From positions 1 to 50,615 of the forward strand of contig SLSY01000102.1 of NCBI GenBank assembly GCA_007130145.1: a DNA stretch of 50,615 nucleotides, read 5' to 3'. The DNA is from Bacillota bacterium. Its GTDB lineage: Bacteria; Bacillota; Sulfobacillia; UBA8153. The stretch's first letter is position 1. Each line of letters starts with the position of its first letter. This document shows, piece after piece, positions 46,844-50,615 of the stretch. The position numbers and the translations under genes were made by a program. The notes below the pieces were generated by a model that was not told the origin of the DNA, did not search any database, and saw only the letters and a list, made by a program, of their open reading frames with translations.

Positions 46844-49800
46844 GTCAGTGCCACCACCTCCGCCAGTATCTGTTCATCTGTGAACCCTTTGAGAGTGATA
46901 GCCCCGCACCGGCAGGTGGCCGCACAGGAACCACACCCTTTGCAGACTGCTGCTTCGACTTGAGCCTCGCCCTTTTCGGCATTGACCTTGATGGCCTGGA
47001 ACTGACAAACTTCCTCACAGGCTCCACAGGCACTGCACAGTCTGGGATCGACTTGGGCCACCGGGCCGCCTGCCTCTATCTCATCCTTGCTGATGATGGT
47101 TACAGCCCTGCTCACGGCGGCCTGGGCCTGGGCGATGCTCTCGGCAATCGTCTTAGGACCATGGGCCAACCCCGCCACAAACACCCCGTCGGTGGAGAAA
47201 TCCACCGGACGAAGTTTGGCGTGAGCCTCCAGGAAGAATCCTTCCTGATTCAGCGGGATCTTGAGCAGTTGCGCTATGTGACGGCCATCCCCAGGAGCCT
47301 TGACCCCCGTGGCCAAAACGACAGCATCGGCGTCAATTACCACGTTGGCACCCAGAACCCCATCGTATACGACGACCTCTAGCTTCTCAGGGCCACTCTC
47401 CAGCTGCGGTTTATGATCTTCGTCATAACGCAAGAAGGTTACCCCCGCCTCCCGGGCGCGCCGATAGGCGTTCTCCTTGAGACCATACGTGCGAATATCC
47501 CGGTAGAGGATGAATACCTCGCTGGTGGGATCGGCTTCCTTGATAGACAGGGCGTTCTTGACCATCTGCTGGCAGCATACCCGGCTGCAGTAGAGCTGAC
47601 CTTCCTCGCGCGAGCCAGCGCATCCGATCATGACCACCGTCTGGCCTTTCGCTTCCCATCCCTGTAACTGACGTTCAAACTGACTGCTGGTGAAAACACG
47701 TCCATCCTGGCCCAAGAGATACTCTGTGGTGCTGGCTTCCTCACCGCCAATAGCGACGACGATTGCACCGTGTTCCAGATCTTTTGTGGTATCGTCCTGG
47801 ACAACGCGAGTGGTGAAATTGCCCACATATCCATCGATGCTCTCAATGTTCGCCCGAAGATACACATCAATGAGAGGATGGTCCAAGACCTGTTTCTCCA
47901 AGTCAGAAAGCAGCGATCGGAGATCCTCTCCCTCCAAGGTGCTCCCCAGCTGGCGCAACCGGCCACCCAGCGAATCACCCTTCTCTACCAAGTGACAGGG
48001 GAATCCTTGCTGGGCAAAACCCAACGCGGCGGTGAGGCCAGCAACTCCGCCTCCGATGACCAGAGCCTTCTGTGTAACCGGCACCTGGCTGCGATACAAC
48101 GGTTCCAAGAGGCATGCCTTGGCCACAGCCATGCGCACCAAGTCCTTGGCTTTATCGGTGGCGGGTCCGGGCTCGTGCATGTGCACCCAGGAGCACTGAT
48201 CACGGATATTGGCCATCTCAAACAGGTAAGGGTTCAGTCCCCCTTCCCGTATGGTTTGCTGAAACAGGGCCTCGTGTGTTCTTGGGGAACAGGAGGCTAC
48301 CACAATACGATTGAGATCGTGCTCTTCGATGAGTTCTTTCATGCGATCCTGTGTATCCTGCGAACAAGTGTAAAGGTTATCCTCCACATGCACCACATAG
48401 GGCAACGTGCGAGCATACTCAGCAACGTCGGGCACTCGCACCACCCCGCCAATATTGATGCCGCACTGACAGACGAAGACGCCGACCCGTGGGCGCTGGT
48501 GGAGCACTGTGCGCTCAGGCGGGTATTCCTTGTGGCGAATCATGGACCAACGTGCCGGACTGAGAACCTGAGCTGCGGCAGCAGCAGCAGCGCTCGATTC
48601 TACCACCGTTTCCGGGATATCCTTGGGCGACTTCGCCGCTCCGGCAGCGAACACTCCCTGCCAGGATGTGGATACCGGGTTAGATGATGCCGAGACAAGA
48701 TATCCGCTCTCGTCCAAGAGCATCCCCGTCTTATTGGCCAACGCGACCAGATCCTTTTGGGGCGCAAGTCCAACTGACAATACGACCAGATCGAATTCTT
48801 CATGATCGACCCCATCGTGTTCATCAGCATAACTGAGCACCAGAGAACCCTCCTGAGAGCCCTCCTTCACGCCAAAGACCTTGCCGCGCTTGAACACCAC
48901 ACCTTGCTCATTTTTGGCTCTGAGGTAATACTGCTCAAAGTCCTTGCCATAGGCGCGTATATCCATATAGAAGATGGTGATATCGAGCGGCTCGGTGGCA
49001 TGTTCCTTGGCGATCACCGCTTCCTTAATGGCATACATACAGCATACCGAGGAGCAGTAGCCCGCCCCGTTCTTCACATCACGAGACCCCACACACTGAA
49101 TGAAGGCAATGCGGCGCGGAGTCTGGCCATCAGAAGGCCGGGCCACATGGCCTCCAAAGGGACCCGATGCCGAAAGAATGCGCTCGAATTCCACACTGGT
49201 CACCACGTTGGGAAAGCGGTCATACCCATAGGCATTGAGTTGCTCCACTGGTGTCGTGTCAAAACCCGGCGTGAGAATGACCGATCCCACCTCAACCTCG
49301 CGTTCCACTTCGAACATATCATGGCGGATGGCCTCAGCCTGGCATGCTCTCTCACACTCTAAGCACTCAGCACAGATCCCGCAATCCAGGCAGCGCATCG
49401 CTTCAGCCTGAGCCGCCTTCTCATCCAAGCCCTGTTCGACCTCAAAGAAGCCTTGAACCCTCTCCTTGGCATCCAGTTCCGGCATGGGCGGGCGAGCTTG
49501 GCGCTCCCGATCTCGGGGTACTTCACCCACCACCAGAGGTAGATCTTCGTCCTCCCCTGGTTTGACCAACTCTTCACCGTTAAGATAACGCTCAATGGAG
49601 CGAGCCACGCGGCGCCCAGCCGCCACGGCCCAGATCACGGTGTCAGGCCCGGTCACGGCATCACCGCCAGAAAATATGCCCGCGCGGGGCGTTGCCAGCG
49701 TCACTTCATCCGACACCAGGCGTCCCCACCGGTCCACCAGATCACTGTGGGTTTCGCCCAAAAAGCCCGTGTCGGGGTTTTGACCGATGGCCACAATCAG

Positions 49801-50615
49801 GTTATCGGCCTGCAAACGATACTGATCACCCTCGATGGGAACAGGCCGCCGGCGTCCCGAAGCATCGGGACTCCCCAGCTCCATGCGCTGGCAGACAACC
49901 GCCTGAAGGCGGCCGTCCTCCACGAACAGTTCGCTCGGTGCCGACAAATACTCGATCTTAACACCTTCAGCCAATGCGGCTTCGATTTCGTGCTCAGCCG
50001 CGGGCATCTCTTTTCGGGTGCGCCGGTAGAGCACGGTAACCTCGCGGCCTCCCAATCTGAGCGCGCTCCGCGCCGCATCGATGGCCACGTTGCCGCCCCC
50101 TACCACGACCACTTTCTCGCCCAGCTGGGGCGGTTGGTACAGGTTCGCGTCGCGTAAGAAATCAACCCCGCTCAGAATCCCTTGGGCATCTTCACCAGCC
50201 AGGGACAATTTCATATCCTGGTGAGCCCCCAAAGCCAGGAACACACTGCGATAACCCTCCGTCTCCAGGTCTTCAAAGGTAAAGTCCCGGCCCAATGCAG
50301 TATTGGTACGGATCTCCACGCCCAGATTCTTGATGGCCTCGATCTCGGTGTTCAGCACGTCAGGAGGCAACCGATAATCGGGGATTCCCACTGCCAGCAT
50401 GCCGCCGGCCACCGGCAATGCTTCAAAGATCGTTACAGGGAAACCGGCCAGAGCCAGGAAATGAGCAGCGGTGAGACCCGCCGGTCCCGAACCGATAATG
50501 GCCACTTTCTCCTCCCGCGTCTGTTCCGGTTTGCTCAACGAACCGCTTTCAGGGTTGGCGTTCTCATAATCGGCAACAAAGCGCTTGAGAGCGCATATGG
50601 CCAATGGATCATCGA
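46840..50615 (-). CDS. hdrA: Giant HdrA-family flavoprotein: GltD/NfnB-like NAD(P)H module, then a partial HdrA module, then a complete HdrA module (5' end off-window)
   Basis: More than 1254 aa. The frame is open to the window edge (..DDPLAICALKRFVADYE), so the track start (a TTG at 50604) is not the true start. See the findings for the domain map. Confidence 0.9.
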   Translation of the reverse strand, partial: DDPLAICALKRFVADYENANPESGSLSKPEQTREEKVAIIGSGPAGLTAAHFLALAGFPVTIFEALPVAGGMLAVGIPDYRLPPDVLNTEIEAIKNLGVEIRTNTALGRDFTFEDLETEGYRSVFLALGAHQDMKLSLAGEDAQGILSGVDFLRDANLYQPPQLGEKVVVVGGGNVAIDAARSALRLGGREVTVLYRRTRKEMPAAEHEIEAALAEGVKIEYLSAPSELFVEDGRLQAVVCQRMELGSPDASGRRRPVPIEGDQYRLQADNLIVAIGQNPDTGFLGETHSDLVDRWGRLVSDEVTLATPRAGIFSGGDAVTGPDTVIWAVAAGRRVARSIERYLNGEELVKPGEDEDLPLVVGEVPRDRERQARPPMPELDAKERVQGFFEVEQGLDEKAAQAEAMRCLDCGICAECLECERACQAEAIRHDMFEVEREVEVGSVILTPGFDTTPVEQLNAYGYDRFPNVVTSVEFERILSASGPFGGHVARPSDGQTPRRIAFIQCVGSRDVKNGAGYCSSVCCMYAIKEAVIAKEHATEPLDITIFYMDIRAYGKDFEQYYLRAKNEQGVVFKRGKVFGVKEGSQEGSLVLSYADEHDGVDHEEFDLVVLSVGLAPQKDLVALANKTGMLLDESGYLVSASSNPVSTSWQGVFAAGAAKSPKDIPETVVESSAAAAAAAQVLSPARWSMIRHKEYPPERTVLHQRPRVGVFVCQCGINIGGVVRVPDVAEYARTLPYVVHVEDNLYTCSQDTQDRMKELIEEHDLNRIVVASCSPRTHEALFQQTIREGGLNPYLFEMANIRDQCSWVHMHEPGPATDKAKDLVRMAVAKACLLEPLYRSQVPVTQKALVIGGGVAGLTAALGFAQQGFPCHLVEKGDSLGGRLRQLGSTLEGEDLRSLLSDLEKQVLDHPLIDVYLRANIESIDGYVGNFTTRVVQDDTTKDLEHGAIVVAIGGEEASTTEYLLGQDGRVFTSSQFERQLQGWEAKGQTVVMIGCAGSREEGQLYCSRVCCQQMVKNALSIKEADPTSEVFILYRDIRTYGLKENAYRRAREAGVTFLRYDEDHKPQLESGPEKLEVVVYDGVLGANVVIDADAVVLATGVKAPGDGRHIAQLLKIPLNQEGFFLEAHAKLRPVDFSTDGVFVAGLAHGPKTIAESIAQAQAAVSRAVTIISKDEIEAGGPVAQVDPRLCSACGACEEVCQFQAIKVNAEKGEAQVEAAVCKGCGSCAATCRCGAITLKGFTDEQILAEVVALT

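Noticed and set aside
1-50615. Search for CRISPR repeats, transposase or integrase genes, terminal inverted repeats, rRNA/tRNA/tmRNA/RNase P signatures, and defence-system genes.
   Set aside because: I could not recognise any by eye. The only repeated elements are diverged paralogous genes: 2 Cof hydrolases, 4 antiporter-like subunits, 2 AsrA-like Fe-S proteins and 2 MFS transporters.

Overview
This is a 50.6 kb chromosomal window, high in GC, with gene content typical of an anaerobic (possibly thermophilic) Firmicute-like bacterium. I found no rRNA, tRNA, CRISPR array, transposase, integrase or phage genes. It looks like core energy metabolism, not an accessory island. Gene order: partial CBS-domain gene; hspR-like/dnaK/grpE heat-shock operon; housekeeping enzymes (M24 peptidase, msrB, aminotransferase, DUF885, SDR, aldo/keto reductase, two Cof-type HAD hydrolases). 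Next comes a roughly 16 kb block, all on the minus strand (12664-28484). It holds a 10-gene Mrp/Mbh-style antiporter cluster, a Gx transporter, rex, a Na+-pumping methylmalonyl-CoA decarboxylase operon (mmdA/D/C/B), meaB, an MFS transporter and an M20 hydrolase. After that: mtnP, an orphan fourth antiporter-like subunit, rubrerythrin, sucCD, a rhodanese, a GAF-PAS-GAF HD-GYP protein, a small PII-like ORF coupled to an RCK-less CPA2 antiporter, and an MFS transporter. The most notable feature is a tightly packed 7-gene minus-strand operon (42052-50615, running off the window). It encodes a giant GltD/NfnB-HdrA-HdrA fusion protein, MvhD, two AsrA/HydB-like Fe-S proteins, an FNR-like FAD/NAD(P)/[2Fe-2S] protein, MetV and MetF. 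I read it as a hybrid of the Flx-type NADH module and the Hdr-linked methylene-THF reductase, and as a candidate electron-bifurcating complex. Three unusually long gene-free gaps (28485-29154, 31695-32160, 41085-42051) remain unexplained. All product calls rest on motif and family recognition by eye. No database search was run.
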